Of a DNA stretch of 64,000 nt, positions 8,462 through 18,106 are shown piece after piece. Origin of the DNA: Deltaproteobacteria bacterium (GTDB taxonomy: Bacteria > Desulfobacterota > Syntrophia > Syntrophales > Smithellaceae); contig JAAYDW010000042.1 in assembly GCA_012729055.1 (NCBI GenBank), positions 42,973 to 106,972 on the forward strand, in the 5' to 3' direction. Both the position numbers and the translations under genes were made by a program. The notes under the pieces are model-generated. The model saw only the letters and a list, made by a program, of their open reading frames with translations, was not told where the DNA came from and searched no databases. Every line of letters starts with the position of its first letter. The stretch's first letter is position 1.

Positions 8462-10903
8462 CTAAATCCCCAGGGACCCCAGGCCGGTGAGCGATATCTT
8501 CAACATGATCCGTTCGTCATCGTGGGTTCGGGTGTAATCGACGCCAACCCCCCAGCATTGTTCGGTGTAGAGCAGCCCGATCGTGTTTTCCACCGTCTGA
8601 TTGTTGAACTGATCCAAACGGATGGCCAGACGGCCGCTCAACCGTTCCGTGAGAACCGCTCTCAGATCCAGATTAATGGCCTCAATGGAATCAAGCGTAT
8701 AGCGGTAGCCGACGGAAAGCCGGTCGCCGCGCCAATCACTCAGGTTGATGTCAAAATTCAGTTCCCTCCACCCGCTGTACACGCTGTAGGTGTTGCGGGC
8801 CGCAAAAGAAACATAGGGATGCGGATTGAGATCGAACTCGATGCCCAGATCCGACAGGGGGCGTCTTCCGGCCGCGACGCCGGCCATGTCTTTTTTCGCC
8901 TCGTAGATATCATACACCTGGTAAAGCTTGAAACGAAGCAGTTCCTGGTAGCTCGTTCCCCGAGCTTTGTCCTGCGCGCGGGCGGTGAGCGTGTTGGTGA
9001 GCGACCAGGCGAAGGCGTTTTGTTCCCCGATCGCCCGGTTATCCACGGCGTTGAAGGTGGAGAAAGCGTCGAGAAACGTGCGCACCTTGGGCAGATAATC
9101 GGGCAGATCGTCCTGCCGAAGGCCGGGAATATTGTCATAGCGGATGCCGGGCATATAGGAATAAGCGATTTCCGGCCGGATTTCATGCCGGACCTTGTCC
9201 CAGTTGAGGATGCGGACATCAAAAATGCGCGACAGACGGCTTGAGGCCGCAACGCCGATATTGTAAACGAACCGGTCGCTGCTGCGGTTGGCCGCATCGG
9301 CATCGCGGTCGTCCCGGCTCCAGTAGATTTCCCGCACCGTCAGCTGCGGCGTCACGCGGACATAACGGGAGAGAGAAAGCGGGAGGCTCACCGTCGGCGC
9401 AACTTCGGCAAAATGTCCCCGGGCGCCGTCTTCGCGGTAAAAGTAGTCGTACTGGCCGGAAAATTCGACGTACAGCGGCGTGGCCCAAAGCGGCTGCCGA
9501 ATGCCGGTAAAAATGATCTCCGGATACTTCTGCAAGGTGCGGTTGTTCGCGGACGCAAAATCGTCCGTCGCGCTGAACCGCGCCATCAGGTTGTAATTGT
9601 TCCATCCCTTGAAGGCGCGCGCGGAGGATTCGAGGGACCGCAGATATTCATTCCCCTGGAAGGATATTTTTTTAAACGGATCCTCTTCCGTGGCGGCCCA
9701 ATTCGTCAGATAGTAATTGTGGGCGTTGAAATCGCGAAAATACCAGGCGTCGGAAACACGGCGGATGTCCGTCCGGACGTAGAACTGGGAATCAAATTTC
9801 GTCTCGTGGTTGACCAGAAAAGACCAGCGCCGGTGCATTTCCTGCCAGTCGCGGCTGATCGTCTGGCCGAGCGTTTCTGTGACATGCTTGTTGTCTTCCA
9901 TGTAGTCGCCGTAAATCGTGCCGTAGGACCGGCTGCCGGCGAAATACCGGAATTCCACGCCTTCCTTGAAGCCCCGCTTTTCCATATAGCGCGAATAAAA
10001 GGTCGCATCCATCCCGGAGGTGATCGCCCAGTAGAAGGGGATCTCAATGTCCAGACCGTCCTTGTTGCGCGAATAAGCCAGATAAGGCAGAAGGAATCCC
10101 GTCTGGCGCGACGTTTTTGCCGGAAAGGCCACCAGGGGGGTATAGATAACCGGCACCCCCTTGGTCAAAAGCCGGGCGTTCGTCACCCACCCGTACCCTT
10201 CGAGGGTCACTTTCATCTCAGAGCCGGCAACCTGCCAGTCAGGATTGTCTCCGTCGCAGGTGGTTGCCAGGGGCTTCACAATCCGGTAGCTGTTCTCGCC
10301 GGTCTTCTCGATTTTGTCGCCCCGAATGTAAAAATGGTTGCGCGCGTAAAAGGCTTTCGAGTTGTAGGCCACCCCGGTCTTGTCCGCGACGTTCACCGTG
10401 ATGATTTCCCCTTCGAGCGAATCCTCCCCCATTTTGAGAAAGGCCCCGCCCCGGGCGGTCGCCAACTGATTCTTCCGGTCGTATTCCACGCTGGCGGCTC
10501 TCAGGACACCCGCGCCGTAAGTGATGACGACATTGCCTTCTCCCGCATACACGTCGCTTCCGGCGTCGTAGGACAGATTGTCCGCCTCGATCCGGACCGG
10601 CGCGTCGCCCTGCACCACGGCGCCAAACGGTTCGCTTCCTGCGGCAGGTTTGCTGTAATCCGTCGTTTCTTTGCCCTCGGAAATATCCCCTGGGGTCTGC
10701 CGCGTCGCAGCCGTTGCGGAATCCGCCGCGACCTTTGCAGAGGGAGGCCTTCCGACATCCGGCGCCGCCCATGCGGGCAGAGCGCACAGCCAGACGCCCA
10801 GGAGGCATCCCCAAAGCACGGACCGCGCCCGCTTCCCCGGTCCGGTCCGTTCCGGCCCGCGCCGCGGACGGCCGGCCGGATTTGCTTTCAAAAATGAAAT
10901 CAT
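8462..10903 (-). CDS. lptD: LPS-assembly outer membrane protein LptD (OstA)
   Basis: About 814 aa with signal peptide RSVLWGCLLGVWLCALPAWAAP, an OstA-like N-terminal region (IEADNLSYDAGSDVYAGEGNVVITYG) and a long beta-barrel-type C-terminus rich in aromatic/Gly alternation. The start is uncertain (ATG at 10903 or TTG at 10918). Confidence 0.85.
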   Translation of the reverse strand: MISFLKANPAGRPRRGPERTGPGKRARSVLWGCLLGVWLCALPAWAAPDVGRPPSAKVAADSATAATRQTPGDISEGKETTDYSKPAAGSEPFGAVVQGDAPVRIEADNLSYDAGSDVYAGEGNVVITYGAGVLRAASVEYDRKNQLATARGGAFLKMGEDSLEGEIITVNVADKTGVAYNSKAFYARNHFYIRGDKIEKTGENSYRIVKPLATTCDGDNPDWQVAGSEMKVTLEGYGWVTNARLLTKGVPVIYTPLVAFPAKTSRQTGFLLPYLAYSRNKDGLDIEIPFYWAITSGMDATFYSRYMEKRGFKEGVEFRYFAGSRSYGTIYGDYMEDNKHVTETLGQTISRDWQEMHRRWSFLVNHETKFDSQFYVRTDIRRVSDAWYFRDFNAHNYYLTNWAATEEDPFKKISFQGNEYLRSLESSARAFKGWNNYNLMARFSATDDFASANNRTLQKYPEIIFTGIRQPLWATPLYVEFSGQYDYFYREDGARGHFAEVAPTVSLPLSLSRYVRVTPQLTVREIYWSRDDRDADAANRSSDRFVYNIGVAASSRLSRIFDVRILNWDKVRHEIRPEIAYSYMPGIRYDNIPGLRQDDLPDYLPKVRTFLDAFSTFNAVDNRAIGEQNAFAWSLTNTLTARAQDKARGTSYQELLRFKLYQVYDIYEAKKDMAGVAAGRRPLSDLGIEFDLNPHPYVSFAARNTYSVYSGWRELNFDINLSDWRGDRLSVGYRYTLDSIEAINLDLRAVLTERLSGRLAIRLDQFNNQTVENTIGLLYTEQCWGVGVDYTRTHDDERIMLKISLTGLGSLGI

Positions 10904-10933
10904 CAAAACCTGCCGCAATCGAATTTTTCTATT

Positions 10934-12238
10934 TCAGCGCCTTGCCTTTTTTCCGACGGCAGGTTTCTTACCACAACCGGCCCTGTGTTGAAATGTTTGT
11001 TTTATTTCCCCGGCCAGATAAAGCGAACCGCAGGCGCAGATCACATCGTTCTTCCCGGCCCCGGCCATCGCCTTTTTTACGGCTTCCGCCACGCTTGCCG
11101 TTTCACAAACCGGATACCCTCTGGCACGGGCATAAGCCGCGAGCGCGCCGGGCGCCACGGCGCGGCCTGTGGCGAGCGGCGGCAGATAAATCCGGAGAGC
11201 CGGCGGACCGATCCGGTCGAGCATGCCTCGATAGTTCTTATCGGCCAGGGCGCTGAAAACCAAAATCAGCCGGCGGCCGGGGAAATCCTCGCCCAGCGTC
11301 CGGCACAGCGTGGCGATGCCGGCCGGATTATGCGCCCCGTCGAGCAGAAAAAGCGGGCGGGACAAAAGCGTTTCCATGCGCGCCGCCCAGCGGGTCCCGG
11401 CCAATCCGCGGGCAATGGCCGCGTCTCCGATGTGATAGCCTTTTTCTTCCAGAACCTCGGCTGCCGCCAGCGCCAGGGCCAGGTTTTGCGCCTGATGTCG
11501 GCCGCGCAGGGGAACGGTCAGCGGACCGATTTTGCGCCGCCTGCCGGCATAGGAAACGGCGCCGTCCGGACGCCGCCGGATTTTGAAATCCACGCCAAGG
11601 CGAAAAAGCGCCGCCTGACGCTCGCGGCAGGTCTTTTCAAAAACGTTCAGAACTTGCGGCCGGTTCGCCGCGGTGAGGCAGACGCCGCCCTGTTTGATGA
11701 TGCCGGCTTTCTCGCGTGCGATGTCCGCCAGTGTCTTCCCCAACCAGGCCGTATGCTCCAGGGCGATGTTCGTGATTACGGAAACCAGCGGCCGGCAGAC
11801 GTTGGTGGCGTCGAGCCGCCCGCCGAGGCCCACTTCCAGAACGGCCAGATCCACCCGGCGGCGGGAAAAATAAAGAAAGGCCGCGGCCGTCAGGCATTCG
11901 AAATAGGTGATCGGCTCGCTCGCCAGATCCCGGATCTCGGCGAGCAGTTTCGCCAGATCGCAGCGCGGGATCATGTCGCCGTCAACGACGATTCTCTCGC
12001 GCACGTCCACCAGATGCGGCGACGTGTAAAGGCCGACCCGCATGCCCGCCTGTTGCAGCATCGCCGTCAGCATGACGGCGGTTGAGCCTTTGCCGTTGGT
12101 TCCGCCGATCAGAACGGCGGGAAAATCGTTTTGCGGCCGGCCGGCCCGGGCCAAAAGCGCCGTGATCGCCTCCAGACCGAAGCGCATCACGTCGATGTCG
12201 AGGCCGGAAAGGTAGGCTGCGGGATGAAAGGGTTTCAT
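10934..12238 (-). CDS. folC: Bifunctional folylpolyglutamate synthase/dihydrofolate synthase
   Basis: Mur-ligase P-loop GGTNGKGST, with VGLYTSPHLVDVRERI and VLEVGLGGRLDATN. The ATG at 12238 avoids overlap with the upstream gene. Confidence 0.9.
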   Translation of the reverse strand: MKPFHPAAYLSGLDIDVMRFGLEAITALLARAGRPQNDFPAVLIGGTNGKGSTAVMLTAMLQQAGMRVGLYTSPHLVDVRERIVVDGDMIPRCDLAKLLAEIRDLASEPITYFECLTAAAFLYFSRRRVDLAVLEVGLGGRLDATNVCRPLVSVITNIALEHTAWLGKTLADIAREKAGIIKQGGVCLTAANRPQVLNVFEKTCRERQAALFRLGVDFKIRRRPDGAVSYAGRRRKIGPLTVPLRGRHQAQNLALALAAAEVLEEKGYHIGDAAIARGLAGTRWAARMETLLSRPLFLLDGAHNPAGIATLCRTLGEDFPGRRLILVFSALADKNYRGMLDRIGPPALRIYLPPLATGRAVAPGALAAYARARGYPVCETASVAEAVKKAMAGAGKNDVICACGSLYLAGEIKQTFQHRAGCGKKPAVGKKARR

Positions 12239-12254
12239 GACATTGCCGGCAAAA

Positions 12255-13022
12255 TTAAATGTGGATGACCTGACCGTCTTCAATGATGGAGATTTTTTCG
12301 TCCGCGAGAGCGCCGATCTCGCGGCGGATCGCCCGGGCGTACTGCGGCTTCATGTGGTAAAGGTAAACATTCGCATTTGCGTTTTCAAGCTTCCGGAGTT
12401 CGGCGGCAAGCGTGGCCGGCGTGAGATGGCCGGTTTTGTCCGCGATGGGCTGCATCGCGCCGGGTAAAGAGGTTTCGACGAAGACCGCCTTCAATCCGGA
12501 AACGCGTCCGGCGGCTTTCCAGACCTCCTCGGTCGGCCCCGTGTCCCCCAGAAAAAGGACCGCCTTGCCTTTCGATTCCATCAAAAAACCCAGGGTTTCC
12601 ACGGTATGGTGGACTCTCAGGGTCCGCACCTGCCAGTTCCCCACCACCTTTTTCCGGCCGGGCGGCAACGCTTCAAACCGGATGAGCGGCGTGCGCCGAT
12701 CGGGTATCCGGGTAAAATCCGGCCAGATCACGTTATTCAGCAGATGGCGGTGGATGCTGTCGAGAATCCCGCGGCTGCTCAGGACGACCAGCGGTCTTTT
12801 CCGCTTGGCGTAGTAGAGGTTGTCCGCGAGGAACATGATGTCGCGCACATGATCGAGATGGGCGTGCGTCACAAAAATATAGTCGATGCGCATCTGCTGG
12901 GGCAGGGTCAGCACGGGAGTCACCGTTCCGGCATCGATCAGAATGTTTTTATCGAGCAGGAAACTGGTCGTATGGTGATGAAGCAGTTGTGAACCGTGGC
13001 AACCCAACACCTGTATCTTCAT
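12255..13022 (-). CDS. MBL-fold metallo-hydrolase, class II cyclic-nucleotide phosphodiesterase-like
   Basis: Starts MKIQVLGCHGS and has HAHLDH, which matches the HxHLDH core of the class II 3',5'-cyclic nucleotide phosphodiesterase signature. The ATG at 13022 is preceded by GGGGG. Confidence 0.7.
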   Translation of the reverse strand: MKIQVLGCHGSQLLHHHTTSFLLDKNILIDAGTVTPVLTLPQQMRIDYIFVTHAHLDHVRDIMFLADNLYYAKRKRPLVVLSSRGILDSIHRHLLNNVIWPDFTRIPDRRTPLIRFEALPPGRKKVVGNWQVRTLRVHHTVETLGFLMESKGKAVLFLGDTGPTEEVWKAAGRVSGLKAVFVETSLPGAMQPIADKTGHLTPATLAAELRKLENANANVYLYHMKPQYARAIRREIGALADEKISIIEDGQVIHI

Positions 13023-13201
13023 GAAGAGCCCCCTGCCATCCGGGATACTTGAAAAAGTTTTCGGAAAGGTACCATACCTTAGGCGGACAGGCAATGACTT
13101 TATGCCGACCCGGGCCGGCGGCGCCGGGACTAAAATTCTATTGAATATTGCAGCGAATCATGATGAAATCCTTGTCACTTTGCGGGAAAGGAGATTCGCT
13201 T

Positions 13202-13609
13202 ATGCCGAACGTCAGCGCGGAAGTAACGAGTTACCAGTACGAGTTTCGGACCATGAACGGTGAAAACGCCGCTTTTCTTTATCTGTTTAACGCGCAAAAC
13301 ACGCTGTTGTGCATGGCGGCATTTGTAGAACGAACCGGGGCGCTCCCCGGTCCCCGCCAGGGGTTGAACGGAACGGTCTTTCTCAGCTTTCACCGGTCGG
13401 ACCTGTCGTCCGTCACGGATATGCTGCGCAACGAAAAGCCCGTGATGTTCAACTGGTCGGCGGAGAATCAGTCGGCGCAGATCACGACCGGAAAGGAACC
13501 GGTCGGCGAAGAGGAAAACCGGCACATCGCCGCCATTTTCGCAGCGGGAAAACCGGCGACGCCCAAACGCGCGCGGAAATCCGCCGCAACGAAGAAAACA
13601 AAAAAATGA
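13202..13609 (+). CDS. Hypothetical protein with Lys-rich basic C-terminal tail
   Basis: Strong RBS AAGGAG 8 nt before the ATG at 13202. The 135-aa product has no motif I recognise, and its tail is KPATPKRARKSAATKKTKK. Confidence 0.5.
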   Translation: MPNVSAEVTSYQYEFRTMNGENAAFLYLFNAQNTLLCMAAFVERTGALPGPRQGLNGTVFLSFHRSDLSSVTDMLRNEKPVMFNWSAENQSAQITTGKEPVGEEENRHIAAIFAAGKPATPKRARKSAATKKTKK

Positions 13610-13707
13610 CCGGCCCAAGATCCGGCTTGCCCTGCGGGATAAACCGGTCGGCGTGCGCGGCCGGGCGTTTCAGCGGGCCGGGGCCTGTCCGTTAAAAAAA
13701 CCTGGAG

Positions 13708-14106
13708 ATGGCAAGGATGACAATTGCACATGGAGGAAAAACAAGCGGCCGCCGGTTGCTGTGGACGGCGGGCGTCCTGCTTGGTGTGGCGGCCGTCGCC
13801 GCGCTGTATGTCTGGATCACCCTCAACTGGAGTTTTTCCGAAGGCGAACGCGTCGGCTATGTTCAAAAGCTTTCGAAAACCGGGTGGTTCTGCAAGACCT
13901 GGGAAGGCGAGATGGCCATGGTGACCATGCCCGGCGCCATTCCCGAGAAGTTTCTCTTCAGCATCCGGGACGATGAAGTGGCCAGGCGCATCAACCAGTT
14001 TGCGGGACGGCGCGTCGCCATCCTTTACGAGCATCACAAGGGCGTTCCCACCAGTTGCTTCGGTGAAACGGAATACTTCATTGTGGATGTCCGGCCTGTC
14101 CAGTAA
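13708..14106 (+). CDS. Conserved-looking membrane-anchored protein of unknown function
   Basis: A single N-terminal TM (LLWTAGVLLGVAAVAALYVWI) is followed by a compact domain (EGERVGYVQKLSKTGWFCKTWEGEMAMV...HHKGVPTSCFGETEYF). The start is the ATG at 13708 or at 13717, with GGAG upstream. Confidence 0.6.
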   Translation: MARMTIAHGGKTSGRRLLWTAGVLLGVAAVAALYVWITLNWSFSEGERVGYVQKLSKTGWFCKTWEGEMAMVTMPGAIPEKFLFSIRDDEVARRINQFAGRRVAILYEHHKGVPTSCFGETEYFIVDVRPVQ

Positions 14107-14145
14107 CCGGAACCGGAAAGCTTTCTCTTTTACCGGAATCTCCGG

Positions 14146-15522
14146 CTACGGCCGCCCGGCATGTTTTTCCATTCTCAGGGTCAAAAGGGTGATATCGTCG
14201 GCCGGGCTGGCGCCCGCGGCAAACGCGTGAACGGCCGCAATGGTTTTTTCCACGATTCCCTGAGCCGACAACCGCTGGGCTCCTTCCAGAACCTCCAGAA
14301 AGCGTTTTTCGGTAAAGAAGGCTTTTTCCCTGTTCGTGGCCTCGGTCACGCCGTCGGTGTAAAGCACGAGCGTGTCACCGCTGTCCAGATGCAGCGTGCC
14401 TTCCCCGTACGCCATGCCTTCCACGATGCCCAGCGGCACATGCGCCGTCACGGAGAGCAGGGCAACCGCGCCGTCGGCTTTCACCAGCGCCGGCGGATTA
14501 TGGCCGGCATTGACATACGTCACCTCGCCGGTTGTAATGTCCAGCAGGCCGCAGAAAGCCGTCACGAACATCGAGGCGTCGTTGCCCTCGCAAAGCGTCC
14601 GGTTGACATCGGAGATGATCCGGCCCAGTCCCCTGTCCACCGGCTGCATTCTGGTTTTCATCACCGTCCGCGTCACCGCCATGAACAGCGCGGCGGGAAT
14701 GCCCTTCCCCGAGACGTCGCCGATCATGAAAAAAAAGCGGTTGCCCCCGGCAAAATAAAAATCGTACAGGTCTCCTCCCACGACCCGCGCCGGCTCCAGC
14801 GTTGCGTACAGGGAAAATTCGTCCCTGGCGGGAGCGGGCGGAAAGGTCTTCGGAACCAGGCTCATCTGAATCTCCCGGGCCGCGCCGAGCTCGCCTTCCA
14901 TCATCAGCTTCGCTTTTTCCAGAGCGCGCTCCTTGAGCAGGTTCGTCATGATGATGCCGTAAACGCCGATGCCGAGGGCGTTCGCGGCGACCATGGGGAG
15001 GATCGTGCTTTCCACCAGCGCCACCGCCTGCTCCCAGGGGCGGCTCAAGGCAAGCGCCAGGACCATATGAAACAGCTCGACACCGATCATCAGCAGGACG
15101 GCCTTGCCGATTCCCAGAAACTGCTTCCGCTTGAGAAGATACAGGAGACCTCCGGCAAGCCCTGCCGCCACCGGGGCGATTCCGCAGGCCGCCGCCGTAA
15201 AACCGCCCTGCAGATAGCGGTGCGCGCCGCCGATCAGTCCCGCGCCCAGCCCCACCGCGGGTCCGGCCAGCAGACCGGCGACGGTCGGACCCAGATCCCG
15301 GATACTCGCGATCCCGCCGAGAATCGGAAACCCCGCGAGCGTGCCGTAGATGGAAAACAACCCGAAAATCAGGATCAGGGGAATCCGGTCCCGCCACGTC
15401 ATGTTGCGCTCCAGAACGCGGTTGAAAAGCGGACTGCGCGTTAAAAAATACGCGATGACGACAATCACCGCGGCGCTGTTGATCAGAGGCACCAGAGTGG
15501 AAATAATCGATTGCATGTCCAT
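14146..15522 (-). CDS. PP2C-family serine phosphatase (SpoIIE/RsbU-like) with N-terminal LytS-type 5TM sensor module
   Basis: The ATG at 15522 (MDMQSIISTLVPL) has GGAG 6 nt upstream. About five TM helices are followed by GGDLYDF, IGDVSGKGIPAALFM and LVLYTDGVTEA. The ORF-track N-terminal extension is unsupported. Confidence 0.85.
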   Translation of the reverse strand: MDMQSIISTLVPLINSAAVIVVIAYFLTRSPLFNRVLERNMTWRDRIPLILIFGLFSIYGTLAGFPILGGIASIRDLGPTVAGLLAGPAVGLGAGLIGGAHRYLQGGFTAAACGIAPVAAGLAGGLLYLLKRKQFLGIGKAVLLMIGVELFHMVLALALSRPWEQAVALVESTILPMVAANALGIGVYGIIMTNLLKERALEKAKLMMEGELGAAREIQMSLVPKTFPPAPARDEFSLYATLEPARVVGGDLYDFYFAGGNRFFFMIGDVSGKGIPAALFMAVTRTVMKTRMQPVDRGLGRIISDVNRTLCEGNDASMFVTAFCGLLDITTGEVTYVNAGHNPPALVKADGAVALLSVTAHVPLGIVEGMAYGEGTLHLDSGDTLVLYTDGVTEATNREKAFFTEKRFLEVLEGAQRLSAQGIVEKTIAAVHAFAAGASPADDITLLTLRMEKHAGRP

Positions 15523-16003
15523 TGCGGCTCCAAAAAAAATTCCGGTTGCAGCATAATGCATTCCGGAAGAATTGCAATCTCTCATTTTGGACAAAACCGG
15601 ACGGGAAGGCAGATTTTTTTCCCATCTTGACAAGCGCAGCCGGAATGATGAAAATATGAAAAAGACGGTTGATTACGACGCATCACGCTTTAACGGTCGT
15701 TTGTTTTTTGCATGCGCAGGGCAGAGGAGGTCAAGAAAAGTTTCCCATCCGTCCTGAAAAAAAAATGATCGGGTTTTTGCATCCGTGTCCCGTTTCTGGT
15801 AACGCGCCTGTTTCTTTTCTTCCCGTGTGGAGTTCCCGTCTGTTCGTCTCAAACCGCCGCCCGTTTTTTTTCGCGCTCGGAGTTTCCCCGCGCCTTCGAC
15901 GCCGGTCGCAAAACCCGGTTGGCGGGCGGATGCCACGGTGTGCGTAGCAATGTTTCTTACAAAGCGTTCAAAACGGCAACAAAGACAAGAAAGGAGATCG
16001 GGT

Positions 16004-16177
16004 ATGGACAGACTTCATCTGACGCAGCAGGAGGAAGGCGAACTGTTGATGATCCTCGAAAGATATTTGCCGGACCTCCGGCAGGAAATCGCCAACACCG
16101 ACCGCAAGGAGTTCCGCAAGGAGCTCAAGGACCGGGAAGTCTTCATGGCGGAGCTGATCGAACGGTTGAAACATTAA
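16004..16177 (+). CDS. Small helical protein (57 aa), unknown function
   Basis: AAGGAGA RBS 6 nt before the ATG at 16004. The product is MDRLHLTQQEEGELLMILERYLPDLRQEIANTDRKEFRKELKDREVFMAELIERLKH. A hairpin plus T5 follows 35 nt downstream. Confidence 0.4.
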   Translation: MDRLHLTQQEEGELLMILERYLPDLRQEIANTDRKEFRKELKDREVFMAELIERLKH

Positions 16178-16211
16178 ACGCCGGCAAATTTTTTTTCAAG
16201 CGGGCTGTCAA

Positions 16212-16231
16212 GCGGCCAAAAGGCCGTTTTT
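16212..16231 (+). terminator. Rho-independent terminator after the 57-aa ORF
   Basis: GCGGCC-AAAA-GGCCGT followed by TTTTT. Confidence 0.55.
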
Positions 16232-16294
16232 CCGCTAGCAGGAGTTTTCTGTGTCCGCCGCCGAAGGCTAAGGCGGCGGAGAAAAGATGTTTCT

Positions 16295-16330
16295 GTAAAA
16301 ACGGGGCCGCCTGCCTTCGCAAGCGGCCCC
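16295..16330 (-). terminator. Rho-independent terminator after the acyl-CoA dehydrogenase gene
   Basis: Minus strand reads GGGGCCGC-ttgcgaaggcag-GCGGCCCC followed by GTTTTTAC, about 60 nt after the stop at 16391. Confidence 0.6.
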
Positions 16331-16390
16331 GTCCGGCGGATGGCGGGGCTTGATCGCCCCGTTGCTTGACTGAGAGCGTTGAAATCCCTC

Positions 16391-18106
16391 TTATTCGTTC
16401 ATCTCGTATTCGCCCTTCAAGGCATGAACGTACGTTTTCCAGACGCGCTGATACTGAGCCTCATCACCTTCGGCCTTAATCAGCATAATGTCCCGGCAGT
16501 AGGCGCGCTGCTCGTCCGTGGCGTTGTGCATTCCGTAAATCGCAAGCGCAAAGCGCGCGAAATCGCGCACCATGAAATCAAAGATCTGGTTTAGAATATC
16601 CGGATCGACGTTGTCGAATTTCGCCTGCTCCAGAATCAGCTGCCCGTACACCACGATGGAAAACATCTCGCCCAGCGGCAGCGAGAAAGACGGATCCATA
16701 TCCTGGGAGGCATCCGGGCCCGCCTTCTCCAAAAGCGCCTTGAAGAGCTCGATCTGTTTCATGAAAACCGCGACGTTCGGCAACTGCCGGTTGGCTGCAA
16801 AAACCGGCCGATAGTCATGGAACTGAACGGATCCCAGGCCCTTCGTGGGTCCCTGGTTGAACAGGAACAGGTCGTCCTTCGGCGAGAAATCCGGGGCCAC
16901 CGGCGGATAGGAGGCCGGATTGAAGAAATAATTCTTCATAAACTTCCGAATCAACTGAACGTTGACGTGGACGGTGCCCTCCAGCTTGGACGGCCCCCGG
17001 ATGTCGGAAGCGCCGATGGAGAAATAGGTGTCCTTCTCAAAGCCTTTGGCGGCGATGACATCCCACAGCAGGTTGATGACATCCTCCGCCTGGAGGGTGA
17101 CCTTCATTTTGCTGGTGGGGTTGTACAGCAGATAGCGGCGATCCCGGGCGTCGGCGTTGCGGAAATAATCGGTGGCGCGGCGCTGGTAGAGCTTCATTCC
17201 CACCAGGCGCAGCCAGGCATCCATGAAATTTTTCTGCACGTGCGGCATGTGGGTCACCGGAATGCCGTAAAGGATGCGGTTGGCCGCGTGCGTAATCGCT
17301 TCGTAAAAGCAATGCTCGGCCACACCGATGGACGCCGGGCCGATGTTGAACTTCCCGATGTTCACGGTATTGAGCGCCGAATCCCAGGCGTGCGACCCGC
17401 GGGAAAGGATATCGTCCCCGGTAATCGGGTAGTCGTGCAGCGCGAAATTGGAGACGTACTGCTGATGGGAAACGACGTTCTTCTTCAGTTCATAGGCCTT
17501 GTGGTGGAAATTGGTGACAAAGAAGGTGTAGTCGTCCGAGCCGTCCTTGATCTTGCCCAGGGTGGAGACCATTTCCGCCTCGTTGCCGTTGCCGATATAA
17601 TATTTTTCGCCGTTGGCCACCCAGGCGCCGTCGCCTTTGGGCGTCAGCGTGGTTTCGGTGGAATAGATATCCGCGCCGTGCGTCCGTTCGGAAAGGCCGA
17701 AAGCGAAAATCGCCCCTTTTTTCAAAAGTTCGGCGGCCTTCTTTTTGGCGTTTTCGTTGGGGCTCATCCAGATGGGTCCCAGCCCCAGAATGGTGACCTG
17801 AAAGCAATACCAGTAGCCCAGACCGTAAAAAGCGAGCAGTTCGCTGTATTCACTGTTGCGGGCCGTGTCCCAGCGGCAGTCCGGATCCCCGCCGCCATAC
17901 GCGCTGGGCGTGAGCAGCTTGGCGAAAATCTGTTTCCGGCCGATGAAATCAACAAACTCCCGGTACCAGACTTTCTTGTTGAAATCTTCCGTAATGCGTT
18001 TTTTGCCCATCTTCTCGAAGAAGGCGATGGTTTTGTCCATAATGGCCCGCGAGCCCGCGTCCGCCATCAGGGTTTGATACTTTTTCGGCTGCAGCAGATA
18101 ATTCAT
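16391..18106 (-). CDS. Acyl-CoA dehydrogenase family protein (long, 571 aa)
   Basis: FAFGLSERTHGADIYSTETTL..ANGEKYYIGNGN pattern and overall ACAD-like layout. The substrate cannot be inferred. Confidence 0.85.
   Translation of the reverse strand: MNYLLQPKKYQTLMADAGSRAIMDKTIAFFEKMGKKRITEDFNKKVWYREFVDFIGRKQIFAKLLTPSAYGGGDPDCRWDTARNSEYSELLAFYGLGYWYCFQVTILGLGPIWMSPNENAKKKAAELLKKGAIFAFGLSERTHGADIYSTETTLTPKGDGAWVANGEKYYIGNGNEAEMVSTLGKIKDGSDDYTFFVTNFHHKAYELKKNVVSHQQYVSNFALHDYPITGDDILSRGSHAWDSALNTVNIGKFNIGPASIGVAEHCFYEAITHAANRILYGIPVTHMPHVQKNFMDAWLRLVGMKLYQRRATDYFRNADARDRRYLLYNPTSKMKVTLQAEDVINLLWDVIAAKGFEKDTYFSIGASDIRGPSKLEGTVHVNVQLIRKFMKNYFFNPASYPPVAPDFSPKDDLFLFNQGPTKGLGSVQFHDYRPVFAANRQLPNVAVFMKQIELFKALLEKAGPDASQDMDPSFSLPLGEMFSIVVYGQLILEQAKFDNVDPDILNQIFDFMVRDFARFALAIYGMHNATDEQRAYCRDIMLIKAEGDEAQYQRVWKTYVHALKGEYEMNE

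Noticed and set aside
14116-14125. Perfect 10-bp palindrome GAAAGCTTTC between the convergent unknown gene and the PP2C gene
   Set aside because: It is too short to form a useful hairpin because it has no loop, and it lacks a flanking T-tract. It is likely a chance occurrence containing a HindIII site.
15545-15575. Sigma54-like CGGAATGCATTATGCT on the minus strand upstream of the PP2C gene
   Set aside because: Only the GG/GC spacing fits. GGAAT versus GGCAC and ATGC versus TTGC are weak matches, which is insufficient evidence.
15827-16003. N-terminal 58-residue extension of the small ORF (the track gives 15827-16177, 116 aa)
   Set aside because: The extension is Pro/Arg/Phe-rich with no RBS, whereas the internal ATG at 16004 has a near-perfect AAGGAGA RBS. 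Only the 57-aa form is reported.
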